DNA of 62,328 bases from a virus (lineage: Duplodnaviria > Caudoviricetes), in the IMG/VR virus record IMGVR_UViG_3300028024_000186, positions 1-62,328 of that record. One strand, written 5' to 3'. The translations under genes and the position numbers were made by a program. Below the pieces are notes generated by a model, which saw only the letters and a program-made list of their open reading frames with translations, had not been told where the DNA came from and did not search any database. Positions within the stretch are counted from its first letter, which is position 1. Each line of letters begins with the position of its first letter. Shown one piece after another: positions 27,463-37,151 of the stretch.

Positions 27463-27875
27463 CCGAAATCCACCGCGAATTCATCCTCCGCGGCCGCGCC
27501 GACTGGCAAGAGGTGGTGGCCACCGTCCGGGCAGCGGGCCCGGCGATGGCGAAGCGGGGCACACCGCTGCGCCTGGTCTTGGTCGACGGGGCACAAGACA
27601 GGCTGGAGGAGCAGGTGAAATTCTATTGGTCGGCGGTGATCGAACCCATCGCCGAGCAGGTGTGGATCGGCGGCCGGAAGTTCTCGGCGAAGGCATGGCA
27701 CGTCGAGATGAAGGAACGCTTCCTGCCGGTGCACGAGATGCGCATGCCGGACGGGACGGTAAGGATGGTGGCGCCATCGATCGCGCGCGGCGAGATCACA
27801 GTGGGCGCCATGTCAGAGTACACAAAGAAGGTAGCCGCGCATGCCGCGAGCGAACTAGGGGTGCAGTTTGATTAA
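27459..27875 (+). CDS. ninB: NinB/Orf-like recombination protein
   Basis: R..EQ....W....IAEQV..GRK....WH...K..FL...MSEY...V...A..LGV.F pattern. Confidence 0.75.
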   Translation: MTEIHREFILRGRADWQEVVATVRAAGPAMAKRGTPLRLVLVDGAQDRLEEQVKFYWSAVIEPIAEQVWIGGRKFSAKAWHVEMKERFLPVHEMRMPDGTVRMVAPSIARGEITVGAMSEYTKKVAAHAASELGVQFD

Positions 27876-27901
27876 CCCGGGTCCCTTTCAGGGGCAGGAA
27901 G

Positions 27902-28231
27902 ATGGGCGTACATGCCAAGCGGCGCGCTGCCTGGGAGGCGGCGGGCCAGTTGACATTGCAGTTGGAGGTCCGGGCGCGGACGCACCGCGAGCGGATACTG
28001 GAGGTGCTGGCCGGCAGCGATGATTTTCTCGTCGGCCAGGAGGTGGCGAGGCGGGCCGGGCTGCCGTACAAGCCGGCACTGGACGCGCTGACCTACCTGT
28101 ACAACGATGGGAAGATCGCGCGGCAGGGGCGAAAGTTCACGGCGCGGTGGGGGCGTATGGGGCTGCTGAAACGAGATGTGGGGTTCACGGGGCTCGAGGG
28201 GTTTTTCCGCAGTCTGGCCGGAGTCGAATAG
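27902..28231 (+). CDS. Winged-HTH protein in the Q position; candidate late-gene activator
   Basis: RILEVL....GQEVARRAGLPYKPALDALTYLYNDGKIARQG; last early gene before the lysis cassette. Confidence 0.6.
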   Translation: MGVHAKRRAAWEAAGQLTLQLEVRARTHRERILEVLAGSDDFLVGQEVARRAGLPYKPALDALTYLYNDGKIARQGRKFTARWGRMGLLKRDVGFTGLEGFFRSLAGVE

Positions 28232-28386
28232 CCGTGGTCGTCTAAAATTGAGCCTGAGAGGCATGTGAACGGCCAATGCGCGCACCTAGGTACGTGGTTG
28301 CACCTCCAGGCCTCTCCCTCAAACGACATGGCTTACGTGTAAAGCTGATAATATGGGCATATATCAGCATTATTTGGCGTGAAGTC

Positions 28387-29385
28387 ATGGCATTTTTCCC
28401 TCCCGAGTATTCACCGAATCGAGTCCGCAATTCCGGCAAGAGCATTGCCGCCGGTAAGGCCTCGGAGGAGGACTGGGCCGTCTTGAATAACTGGCGGAAC
28501 AGCCATGCCTACGTCCTGAACACATTTCAAAATAATCTGCGCAGGCACATCGGTGCGCGACCTGTCACATTAGCGCAGCGCCTCAAGCGGAAGAACACGA
28601 TCATCGATAAGCTAACAAGTGGGCGAGCGAAAGACTTATCGACGATGCATGATCTGGCCGGTTGCAGATTAATCTTTGAAACGATCGATGATCTTGAGGG
28701 TTTTCGCAAAATCGTGCATCGGTCCCGTGCTCGGCACAAGTATGTGAGCGATGGTAGATACGACTATCTATCTAACCCGAAGCCCACCGGTTATCGTGGG
28801 CGTCATGATGTGTTTACCTACCAAGTTGATTCATCAGAAGGAGAGTTATATAACGGGCTGCGGATCGAGATTCAGTACCGCACTCGAGTCCAGCACGCTT
28901 GGGCCACTGCAGTCGAGATTAGCGATTTTATCGAGCGGACGCGCGTGAAGTTTGACCGCGGAGCCGACCCGAGGCGTGAGCGACTGTTTGTCTTAGCGAG
29001 CGAGTTCCTCGCAAGATGCTTTGAGCAGCGCACTGGGCCATTGCCAGAACTTACCAACAATCACCTGATCGGCGAACTCTCTGCCCTAGAGGATGACATG
29101 CGCATCCTGCATAGGCTTGCTGTCTTAGATATGGAGAGGACGGACATCCCGCGGGGGAAGAACGTCGTCTTGCACTTCTCACAAGACAGGCTGGTTGCTG
29201 AAACGTTTAGGTCGACACGGGGGGCACTGCACAGACGTGATCAGATTGAATTTCATAATCCTGAAGACGATGTGGTCTACGTGCGAGCTTCGAAGCCAGG
29301 CGAAGTAGCCACAGCCTTCAGGAACTACTTCAAAGATACCAAGGATTTTGTGGAGATGATGCGGGAGAGCGGTATAAGCCTCTAG
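28387..29385 (+). CDS. RelA/SpoT-domain toxSAS, fused CapRel-like anti-phage protein
   Basis: QRLKR..TIIDKL, MHDLAGCR, PKPTGYRG.H and EIQYRT..QHAWATAVE; C-terminal AFRNYFKDT matching the CapRel YPNY anchor; lower GC than the flanks. Confidence 0.85.
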   Translation: MAFFPPEYSPNRVRNSGKSIAAGKASEEDWAVLNNWRNSHAYVLNTFQNNLRRHIGARPVTLAQRLKRKNTIIDKLTSGRAKDLSTMHDLAGCRLIFETIDDLEGFRKIVHRSRARHKYVSDGRYDYLSNPKPTGYRGRHDVFTYQVDSSEGELYNGLRIEIQYRTRVQHAWATAVEISDFIERTRVKFDRGADPRRERLFVLASEFLARCFEQRTGPLPELTNNHLIGELSALEDDMRILHRLAVLDMERTDIPRGKNVVLHFSQDRLVAETFRSTRGALHRRDQIEFHNPEDDVVYVRASKPGEVATAFRNYFKDTKDFVEMMRESGISL

Positions 29386-29392
29386 GAGCCCA

Positions 29393-29419
29393 CTCGAATA
29401 GCACAGGTATCCATACACT
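29393..29419 (+). promoter_or_regulatory. Putative late promoter 1 (lysis and packaging genes)
   Basis: CTCGAATA-N13-TACACT. Confidence 0.7.
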
Positions 29420-29449
29420 CGTCTCAGTCTATAGTTGATTGAGGCGAGC

Positions 29450-29743
29450 ATGTCCCGATTCTCCGATAAGAGTAATGCGCTGCAAGACCGCTTGCGCATG
29501 GCCATCTGGCTGCTGTTCGGCCTGGCCTTCTATATCGCGGTGCTGCTGATCGACGGCACCCGATTCCCGACCGTGCAGGTCACGCTCCAGAAGCTGGGCC
29601 ACGTCACCACGTTCGCGTGGGTGGGCTACTGGATCGCTCGGCAGGCGCTGGGCCGTATCTTCTCGGGCAGCAACGCCCAAGACAAGCTCGCGCGCGCCAT
29701 CGTCATCGGCTGCGTGATCATCGCTGGCTTGACGGGGCTCTGA
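29450..29743 (+). CDS. Putative holin
   Basis: 97 aa, 3 TM segments, ARAIVIG..GL end; heads the lysis cassette. Confidence 0.75.
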   Translation: MSRFSDKSNALQDRLRMAIWLLFGLAFYIAVLLIDGTRFPTVQVTLQKLGHVTTFAWVGYWIARQALGRIFSGSNAQDKLARAIVIGCVIIAGLTGL

Positions 29744-29745
29744 TC

Positions 29746-30423
29746 ATGGCAAAGATTCTCTCATTCCTCCGCTTCTTCCTCCACCCGGTCGCGCTCACCA
29801 TCGATTTGATGGTCTTGCTCATGTGGCTGGCCATCGGTCTGATCGGCACCCCGGCAAGTAGCGGCCGCCCGTACACGTGGACCATCCCGGCGGCGCTTCT
29901 GGTTGTCCTGCTGACGCTGTTCTTGCTCGGGCGCTGGGCCGGGCGGCTGGCGGAGCGCGAGCGGGCGCGGAAGATCCGCGACGCCGAGATCGCCCGCGCG
30001 AACGCCGTGCAGAAGGTCGGGTTGCTGATGGACTATGCCCTGCTGGATCGCCTTTACCAAGCAGCCGAAGCCCAGCCGGAACAGCAGGAGCCGCCAGTAG
30101 CCCCCGCCGAAGACCTCGCATTGCCTGCCAACACGGAACTGACGCTGCCGGCTGGCGATCCCGTAGATTGGCGGCCGCGGATCGGCACCACCGTCATCCA
30201 CAAGGGCTACATCACCAACGGCGCCGACGAGCACCCGGCCATGATCACCCGGGTACACGGCGTGGGCGAGGGCGCTCTGGTCAACGTGACCGTGTTCCCT
30301 GACATGCAGTCGCCTAAGGTCTACGCCAGCATCCCGGTCTACACCAGCCGCAAGGCCGCTCGCGAAGCCTTGGCCGGCCCGTCGCGCGCCAACGGCTACG
30401 CTTATTTTCCCAATGGAGATTGA
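29746..30423 (+). CDS. Membrane protein with a C-terminal SH3-like phage domain
   Basis: Two TM segments; PRIGTTV...PAMITRVH...VNVTVFPD. Confidence 0.65.
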   Translation: MAKILSFLRFFLHPVALTIDLMVLLMWLAIGLIGTPASSGRPYTWTIPAALLVVLLTLFLLGRWAGRLAERERARKIRDAEIARANAVQKVGLLMDYALLDRLYQAAEAQPEQQEPPVAPAEDLALPANTELTLPAGDPVDWRPRIGTTVIHKGYITNGADEHPAMITRVHGVGEGALVNVTVFPDMQSPKVYASIPVYTSRKAAREALAGPSRANGYAYFPNGD

Positions 30424-30426
30424 CAG

Positions 30427-30702
30427 ATGGTCGGAATCGAAATGCCGAAGTACAAGTGCCACAAGGAAGTGTGGGCGCTGAAGATCGCGGAGGTGCTGGA
30501 CCCTGCCGCTGCATCTGGAAACGAGAGCGACGGAAGTCGCATCTTGATCTTCGAGGACAAGGCATATGCGCCCATCGCCATCGATGCGGGATACGTGCGT
30601 AAGCACAAGCCCGTAGAAGGCGGCTACCTCGTGGTTTATGAGGATGGTTATCGCAGTTTCTCTCCTGCCGATGCCTTCGAGGGCGGCTATACGAGGATAT
30701 GA
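30427..30702 (+). CDS. Stand-alone GYLVVYEDGY-SFSP domain protein (copy 2)
   Basis: GGAG RBS; near-identical to the N-terminus of the 26452 gene. Confidence 0.8.
   Translation: MVGIEMPKYKCHKEVWALKIAEVLDPAAASGNESDGSRILIFEDKAYAPIAIDAGYVRKHKPVEGGYLVVYEDGYRSFSPADAFEGGYTRI
30435..30689 (+). repeat. 255-bp direct repeat, copy 2
   Basis: Offset 3972 bp from copy 1. Confidence 0.97.
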
Positions 30703-31010
30703 CTATGACCATCCATAACAAGGAAATCGTCCGATTGGCCATCCAGCATCTGGGGGCAAAGGAACAGGGTAGCGCTTCGTATGAGATCGCCGCATATGCA
30801 CTCCAGCAGGCGATGGGTGGCACGCATCGCGAGGTACTTGGGCAACTGGTGATGCATGGCCCCATATATGACGGCGACGTGATCTCGAAGTCGGCGCGCG
30901 ATGACTTGATCCATTGGGGCCTTGCGCAGCGTGCCTGTGTCAATGGTCAGCAAGGGTTCACGGCCGCGAACTACTGCGGCTGGGATGTTCTGCGCGCCGG
31001 CAGTCGATAG
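30699..31010 (+). CDS. Hypothetical protein
   Basis: GPIYDGDVISKSARDDL motif; coupled ORF. Confidence 0.7.
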   Translation: MTMTIHNKEIVRLAIQHLGAKEQGSASYEIAAYALQQAMGGTHREVLGQLVMHGPIYDGDVISKSARDDLIHWGLAQRACVNGQQGFTAANYCGWDVLRAGSR

Positions 31011-31020
31011 GAGTCAGCCG

Positions 31021-31686
31021 ATGAGCACCCGCGCATCCCACGCCAGCCGGACGGCCGCCCCCGCCAACCCCAAGGCGTGGATGCGCCGTGGCGCCATCGT
31101 CGCGCTGCTGATCCTGGCCGAACTCTACCTGCTCGCGGCGCTCGCCTGCGCCCAGATCCCGCCGGCAGCGAACCAGTACCGCCAGGCCATCGCCCGTGAG
31201 ACGGCTTTCCGCTTCGGCGTGACCGGCCCGGTGCCGGTGGTTGCCGCCCAGATCATGCAGGAGAGCAAGTTCAACCCGCTGGCGCGCAGCCAAGTGGGCG
31301 CCCAGGGGCTGATGCAGTTCATGCCGAGCACGGCGGAATGGGCTGGCCAGGCCGGGGTGGACGGCCCGGTGCAGCCCCTGAACCCGCAGTGGAGCATCCG
31401 CGCCGGGGTCTGGTACGACCGCTGGCTGTACGACCGCGTGAAGGTGGCTGAAACCGAGTGCGACCGCTGGGCATTCGCCCTGAGCGGTTACAACGGCGGC
31501 CTGGGCTATGTGTACAAGCGCCAGAAATTGGCCGCGCGCCCAGGCAGTTGGGCGGAGACGGGACAGATCAACCCTGGCATTCACCCGGCAAACCAGCGCG
31601 AGAACCAAGCCTACCCGCACCAAATCCTGGGCCGCTGGCAGCCGTTGTTCAAGACCTGGGGCCGTCCGGTCGCGTATCCATGCTGA
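31021..31686 (+). CDS. Endolysin: SLT lytic transglycosylase with an N-terminal signal/SAR segment
   Basis: QES, GAQGLMQFMP and YNGG motifs. Confidence 0.9.
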   Translation: MSTRASHASRTAAPANPKAWMRRGAIVALLILAELYLLAALACAQIPPAANQYRQAIARETAFRFGVTGPVPVVAAQIMQESKFNPLARSQVGAQGLMQFMPSTAEWAGQAGVDGPVQPLNPQWSIRAGVWYDRWLYDRVKVAETECDRWAFALSGYNGGLGYVYKRQKLAARPGSWAETGQINPGIHPANQRENQAYPHQILGRWQPLFKTWGRPVAYPC

Positions 31687-32006
31687 GCCGCATCCTCTCA
31701 ATCCCCCTCTGGAAGGCCCTCGCGCTCATGACCATTGCATTTCTGGTCGGCTCCGCGGGCGGCATGCTGTACATGGCCATGCACCAATCCGCCCAGGCCG
31801 GCGCCGTGAAGACCGTCGAGAAAGTAGCCACCCAGGCCGTGCAGGTGGCGGACGCCGCGCAGGTCAAACAACTCCGGCAACAACTCGCCGCGGCAAAGAG
31901 CGAAGCGGCGACCTTCCAATCTCAACTCGCGGAGGCCGCCAGTGCGAATCCTGCCCCTACTGCTTGCCGCCTCCCTGATGGGTTGCGGGACGACCTTAAC
32001 CGTTAG
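31680..32006 (+). CDS. i-spanin (Rz-like)
   Basis: N-terminal TM, coiled coil and C-terminal Cys. Confidence 0.75.
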   Translation: MLSRILSIPLWKALALMTIAFLVGSAGGMLYMAMHQSAQAGAVKTVEKVATQAVQVADAAQVKQLRQQLAAAKSEAATFQSQLAEAASANPAPTACRLPDGLRDDLNR

Positions 32007-32205
32007 GTTCCCGCCAGTCCCGACGGAACTCAAACAGCCGTGCGGCAGCGCCATTTTCCAGCCGCTCACCACGGCTGACCAGTACGACCTGGCCGCCCGC
32101 TTGGGAGAGGCAAAGGAGTACGGCAAATCCTGCTCCGCCCGCTTCGACCGCCTGCTTGACGCCGTGAACGCCCGAGAGGCCCTATCCCTGGAGATCACCC
32201 GATGA
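31942..32205 (+). CDS. o-spanin (Rz1-like lipoprotein)
   Basis: Lipobox LMGC; Pro-rich; overlaps the Rz-like gene in another frame. Confidence 0.75.
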   Translation: MRILPLLLAASLMGCGTTLTVRFPPVPTELKQPCGSAIFQPLTTADQYDLAARLGEAKEYGKSCSARFDRLLDAVNAREALSLEITR

Positions 32206-32564
32206 GCGAGCAGGACCCCCAAGCCCAGACGCACACCGAGTCCGCGGCCCTGATCGTCTACCGCCTGAGCCAGATCGAGAGGACGCTGGCAAGCCTGGTG
32301 GAGCAGAACGCCAGGCTGATCACCCTCGAGCAAAGGCTACTGGAAACCCGGGAGGCCCTGGACCGCGCCTTCAAGGCCCAGAAGGAACACGACACCCGCG
32401 TCCGCGCGATCGAGGCGGACATGCCGACCTTGCGCATGGTCCGAGGCTGGGTGATCGCCGGCATGCTGGCCGTGATCGCCGCCTCCGGGACGGTGGTGAT
32501 GGACACCATCCGCAAGTCCAGCCTGCCGCCGCCCACCGCATTGCAGCAACCCCGCACCGGCTGA
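32202..32564 (+). CDS. Coiled-coil protein with a C-terminal TM segment
   Basis: Architecture commonly seen just before terminase genes. Confidence 0.7.
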   Translation: MSEQDPQAQTHTESAALIVYRLSQIERTLASLVEQNARLITLEQRLLETREALDRAFKAQKEHDTRVRAIEADMPTLRMVRGWVIAGMLAVIAASGTVVMDTIRKSSLPPPTALQQPRTG

Positions 32565-32594
32565 CCGCCGACCAACCAAGAACAGGAGCCCACC

Positions 32595-33503
32595 GTGAGC
32601 AAGCCCGGCCCGCCCTCCGATAAGAGGCGCCGCGTGGAACCCGAAGCCGCCCCGGTCAAGCCGGTGACGAAGAAGACTGCCGCCCGCAAGCCAGACACCA
32701 GGAAGCGGCCGGCTGGCAAGAAAGTGCCCAAGGTCCAGAAGGCGACGATCAAGCGCGCTCCTGGCCCGGAGGTGCTGACGGAGAAGCAGTTGCGCTTTGT
32801 CGACGAGTACATCGTTGACCTGAACGGGACGCAGGCTGCCATACGCGCCGGATACAGCACACGAACGGCCCGGACCATCGCGGCGGAGAACTTAACGAAA
32901 CCGTCTCTGGTGGCGGCTATCCAGGCTGCTATGGACGCGCGCTCGGAGCGGACGCAGATCACTGCCGACCAGGTGCTCAAGCGCTGGCATCAGATCGCCT
33001 TTGCGGACGCCAATGACCTGATCGAGTATCGGCGCGTGTGCTGCCGTAACTGCCACGGCGTCGATCACCACTACCAGTGGGTCGACGAAGCCGAGTATCA
33101 GCGCGTCTGCACCGGCCTCTTGGCCGAGGCTGACCCGGAAGGCCCGCCGCCAGCTCTGCCGACGGATGCGGGTGGCTACGGTTTCAACGCCAAGGCCGAC
33201 CCGCACGAGGATTGCCCGGAATGCAACGGCGAGGGGCACGGCGTGCCGTTCATCCACGACACCCGCAAGCTCAAGCCAACAGCTCGTGCGCTCTACGCTG
33301 GCGTCAAGCTGACCAAGGATGGCATCGAGGTCAAGATGCAGGACCAGTCCAAGGCCCTTGAGAACATCGCGCGGCACCTGAAGATGTTCGTGGACAAGAG
33401 CGAGATCGAAGTCACCAAGCGGCCGGCCGACATGACGGACGAGGAACTGGAGGCCGCTATCCTTGCGAAGCAGGAGGCGCTTCGGCAATCCGCTGACGAA
33501 TGA
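32595..33503 (+). CDS. terS: Terminase small subunit with a Zn-binding insertion
   Basis: LTEKQLRFVDEYIVDLNGTQAAIRAGYS; CRNC...CPEC. Confidence 0.92.
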   Translation: MSKPGPPSDKRRRVEPEAAPVKPVTKKTAARKPDTRKRPAGKKVPKVQKATIKRAPGPEVLTEKQLRFVDEYIVDLNGTQAAIRAGYSTRTARTIAAENLTKPSLVAAIQAAMDARSERTQITADQVLKRWHQIAFADANDLIEYRRVCCRNCHGVDHHYQWVDEAEYQRVCTGLLAEADPEGPPPALPTDAGGYGFNAKADPHEDCPECNGEGHGVPFIHDTRKLKPTARALYAGVKLTKDGIEVKMQDQSKALENIARHLKMFVDKSEIEVTKRPADMTDEELEAAILAKQEALRQSADE

Positions 33504-35056
33504 GCAAGGTCGCCGCGAGCGCGCTGGCCACCGTCCAGCCGTCCAGCCTTACCCGTGAGCAGAAGCTGGAACTGCTGGCTCTGCTGGATGAGAAGACGCA
33601 TCGCTGGGCCAGGCGGAAGATGCTCGGCCTGTTCCCCGAAACAGGCAAGTTCAACCGGTTTCTCTACCCGAAGCACCTGCAGTTCTTCGAGGCAGGCGCC
33701 GCCTATCGCGAGCGCTGCTTCATGGCCGGCAACCGGATCGGGAAGACCGAGGGCGGTGCCTATGAGGTCGCCTGCCACCTGACCGGCCGCTATCCGGACT
33801 GGTGGACGGGGCGGCGCTTCTTCAAGCCCGTGCGGTTCTGGGCAGCAGGCAAGACAAACGAGACGACACGCGACATCGTTCAGGCGAAATTGCTGGGCGA
33901 GATCACCCATGCGAGCGGGCGCAAGGGCGTCACCGGCACGGGGATGATCCCGGGCGACGACATCGGCATGATCACCTGGAAGCAGGGCGTGCCGGATATG
34001 GTCGACACGGTGAAGATCAGGCATGCGTCTGGCGGGTGGTCGCGGCTGGGCCTCAAGAGCTACCAGCAGGGCCGCGGGTCATTCGAGGGCACGGAGCAGG
34101 ATGGTGTCTGGCTGGACGAAGAGCCGCCCATCGACATCTACGGTGAGTGCCTGATCCGGACGGCCACCACCGGCGGAATCATCTTCATCACGTTCACGCC
34201 GCTCGAGGGCATGAGCGAGACGGTGATGGCCTTCCTGCCAAACGGGTTGCCGGAGGCGAAGGACGCGGTCGCCTCGCGCGTCAGCGACTCGAAGTACCTG
34301 GTGATGGCTGGCTGGGACGACGTGCCGCACTTGGACGAGAAGACCAAGCGCGAACTACTCGATGCCACGCCGCCATACCTCCGCGAAGCCCGCTCGAAGG
34401 GATACCCCGTGCTCGGCTCCGGCCGGATATTCCCGGTCGACGAGGAAACCATCAAGGTGCCTGCCTTCACCCTGCCGGATTCCTGGCCGCGCCTGTGCGC
34501 CCTGGACTTTGGCTGGGATCACCCCAGCGCGATGGTCTGGATCGCATGGGATCGGGACAACGACATCATCTACGTCTATGACTGCTTGCGCGTTCGGGAA
34601 ACCACGCCGGAGCAGCAGGCGCCCATGATCCTCTCGCGCGGGGATTGGGTGCCCGTGGCGTGGCCACACGACGGGCTGAACACCGAGAAGGGCAGCGGCG
34701 AGCAGCTGGCCGAGCTGTACCGCAAGGCGGGTGTGAACATGCTGTGGGAGCGTGCGCAGTACGAAGAAACAGGCACGGAGGATGGTTCCAAGGTGTCACG
34801 CTCGAGCGTCGAGGCCGGGTTGATGGACATGCTCACCCGCATGCAGACCGGGAAATGGAAGGTCTTTGCCCATCTGCACGACTGGTTCCAGGAGTTTCGG
34901 CTGTACCACCGCAAGGACGGGAAGATCGTCAAGCTGAAGGACGACCTGATGTCAGCCAGCCGCTACGGGACGATGACGCTCCGTTATGCCGCCACGCCGC
35001 CCGTACCGACTCGAATTGATTCCCGACGCCGAGAATACGACTGGCGCGCCGGCTGA
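33500..35056 (+). CDS. terL: Terminase large subunit
   Basis: Walker A AGNRIGKT, Walker B WLDEE, TFTP, nuclease LDFG and DDLMSA. Confidence 0.95.
   Translation: MSKVAASALATVQPSSLTREQKLELLALLDEKTHRWARRKMLGLFPETGKFNRFLYPKHLQFFEAGAAYRERCFMAGNRIGKTEGGAYEVACHLTGRYPDWWTGRRFFKPVRFWAAGKTNETTRDIVQAKLLGEITHASGRKGVTGTGMIPGDDIGMITWKQGVPDMVDTVKIRHASGGWSRLGLKSYQQGRGSFEGTEQDGVWLDEEPPIDIYGECLIRTATTGGIIFITFTPLEGMSETVMAFLPNGLPEAKDAVASRVSDSKYLVMAGWDDVPHLDEKTKRELLDATPPYLREARSKGYPVLGSGRIFPVDEETIKVPAFTLPDSWPRLCALDFGWDHPSAMVWIAWDRDNDIIYVYDCLRVRETTPEQQAPMILSRGDWVPVAWPHDGLNTEKGSGEQLAELYRKAGVNMLWERAQYEETGTEDGSKVSRSSVEAGLMDMLTRMQTGKWKVFAHLHDWFQEFRLYHRKDGKIVKLKDDLMSASRYGTMTLRYAATPPVPTRIDSRRREYDWRAG
35010..35036 (+). 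promoter_or_regulatory. Putative late promoter 2 (portal)
   Basis: CTCGAATT-N13-GAGAAT inside the 3' end of terL. Confidence 0.6.
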
Positions 35057-35078
35057 GGCGGCGCCTGGAGATTCCCGC

Positions 35079-37151
35079 ATGCCGATTGGCGACATCCAAC
35101 TGTCGAGCGCTTCAATGTCCCGCGACGAGCAGCAGCCCGCCGCGGTCGGTGCCGGCCGTGTCGACGGGGACATCGAGCGCAGCGACAAGCTACCCGACGA
35201 ACTCAAGGACGAGGCTCTGAGCCGCGAGCAGGTTGAGAACTTCCTCTACGAGATCAAACACCAGCCGGGCTGGCGCCGCGAGGCGGACAAGTGCGCCGAC
35301 TACTACGATGGGAACCAGCTGGATGCGAAGACGCTGGAAATCCTCCAAGATCGCGGCCAACCGCCCCTGATCACGAACCTGATCAAGCCCACCATCGACA
35401 CGGTGTTGGGTATGGAGGCAAAGACCCGCACCGACTGGCTGGTCCGGGCAGAAGACGACGGCATTGCCACGCCCGATATGGCGGAGGCGCTGTCCCTCAA
35501 GCTCAAGCATGCCGAGACGGAGACGCGCGCGGACCGCGCATGCTCGGACGCCTATGCCGCGCAGTGCAAGACTGGCGTGGGCTGGGTCGAGGTGTCGCGC
35601 GAGTCCGACCCCTTCAAGTTTCCGTACCGCGCCAAGTACGTGCATCGCCGCGAAATCTCGTGGGACTGGCGCTCCACGGAATCCGACCTCAGCGACGCCA
35701 AGTGGTTGATCCGCCGGCGCTGGATGGATGTCGATGCAGCGATTGCCAAGATGCCCGAATACGCCGGGCTGCTGCGCCAGTGCATCAGCGGCTGGGCCGG
35801 CTTCGATCCGGTCTTGTCCGAGAACACCGGGCTAGCGAACTCGTTCATGAACGAGCGCGATACCCGGCTTGAGGAGCAAGACTGGCGCGACACGTTCCGC
35901 CGGCGCGTCTGCCTATACGAAATCTGGTATCGGAAATGGGTGTCCGGCTACGTCATCCGTCTGGCCAACGGCCGCGCCATCGAAGCCGACTTCAACAACC
36001 CGAAGCACACTACCGCCATCCTGGCCGGCGCGGTCAAGGTCGAGAAGCGAATCTTCGAGCGGATCCGGCTGGCGTGGTACTGCGGGCCGCATTTCCTCTA
36101 TGACGTGCCGAGCCCGTACAAGCACGGCATGTTCCCCTATGCGCCGTTCTTCGGCTTCCGGGAAGACTTGACCCTCTCGCCGTATGGCCTTATCCGGGCC
36201 ATGATCAGCCCGCAAGACGAGATCAACGCGCGGAAATCGAAGAACCTTTGGTTGCTGAACAGTCGGCGCGTGATCACGACAGCCGATGCAGTCAAGGATC
36301 ATGATGTCGTCCGCCGGGAGGCGGCTCGCCCGGATGCCTACATCATCCTCGAGCCAAGTAAGCCCAACAGTCGATTCGAACTCAACGTGGGCGGCGAACT
36401 AGCGGCCCAGCAGTTCCAGGCCATGCAGGAGGCGAAGCAGGAGATCGCCGAATCCTCCGGCATCCACAAGGCCATGATGGGCCAGAACTCGTCCGCCAAC
36501 TCGGGCCTGGCGATCAACTCGCTGGTGGAGCAGGGGCTCAACACCCTCGGGGAAACGAACGACAACTACCGCTTTGCCCGCCGCATGGTCGGGGAAATGC
36601 TGTTCTCCATGATGCTGGAGGACATGGAGGGGCGGGAAATTCAGGTGCCGGTCGGTGATGGCAAGCGCAAGCGCATCATCGTGCTGAACCAGCGCGCGGT
36701 CGATCCGGAAACGGGCCAGCAGACGGTCGTCAACGACACCTCGCGCGTGCGCGCCAAGGTCGTGCTGGACGATATTCCATCGTCGCCCACGTTCCGCGTG
36801 CAACAGGGGACGATGCTCTCCGAACTCGCGAAGGGACTGCCGCCCCAACTGCAGGCCGTGTTGGTGCCGTATTTGGTCGACTACTTCGACATTCCGAACA
36901 AGCAGGAAGTCATCGACCAACTGCGCCAAACCGTGGGCGTGATGGACGAGGCCCAGCAACAGCAGGCCGCGCAAGCGCAAGCCGCCCAGCAGCAGGCGAT
37001 GGAAACCATGCAGAAGCGCATGGCCACGCTCGAGGCGGCGCTGACCGCGGCCAAGGTCAGGTCGGAGAACGCCAAGGCCGACAAGCTCGAAGCCGAGGCG
37101 GACAACGCCCGCATGCCGCAACCCGCCAACCAGCCGAGTGAATTCGCATGA
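35079..37151 (+). CDS. Portal protein (podovirus type)
   Basis: [26 protein letters not shown] and a Q-rich C-terminal helix; follows terL. Confidence 0.9.
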   Translation: MPIGDIQLSSASMSRDEQQPAAVGAGRVDGDIERSDKLPDELKDEALSREQVENFLYEIKHQPGWRREADKCADYYDGNQLDAKTLEILQDRGQPPLITNLIKPTIDTVLGMEAKTRTDWLVRAEDDGIATPDMAEALSLKLKHAETETRADRACSDAYAAQCKTGVGWVEVSRESDPFKFPYRAKYVHRREISWDWRSTESDLSDAKWLIRRRWMDVDAAIAKMPEYAGLLRQCISGWAGFDPVLSENTGLANSFMNERDTRLEEQDWRDTFRRRVCLYEIWYRKWVSGYVIRLANGRAIEADFNNPKHTTAILAGAVKVEKRIFERIRLAWYCGPHFLYDVPSPYKHGMFPYAPFFGFREDLTLSPYGLIRAMISPQDEINARKSKNLWLLNSRRVITTADAVKDHDVVRREAARPDAYIILEPSKPNSRFELNVGGELAAQQFQAMQEAKQEIAESSGIHKAMMGQNSSANSGLAINSLVEQGLNTLGETNDNYRFARRMVGEMLFSMMLEDMEGREIQVPVGDGKRKRIIVLNQRAVDPETGQQTVVNDTSRVRAKVVLDDIPSSPTFRVQQGTMLSELAKGLPPQLQAVLVPYLVDYFDIPNKQEVIDQLRQTVGVMDEAQQQQAAQAQAAQQQAMETMQKRMATLEAALTAAKVRSENAKADKLEAEADNARMPQPANQPSEFA

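Noticed and set aside
26463-30689. Diversity-generating retroelement TR/VR pair
   Set aside because: No reverse transcriptase in the window; the single internal mismatch is G/T rather than adenine-specific; both copies are coding
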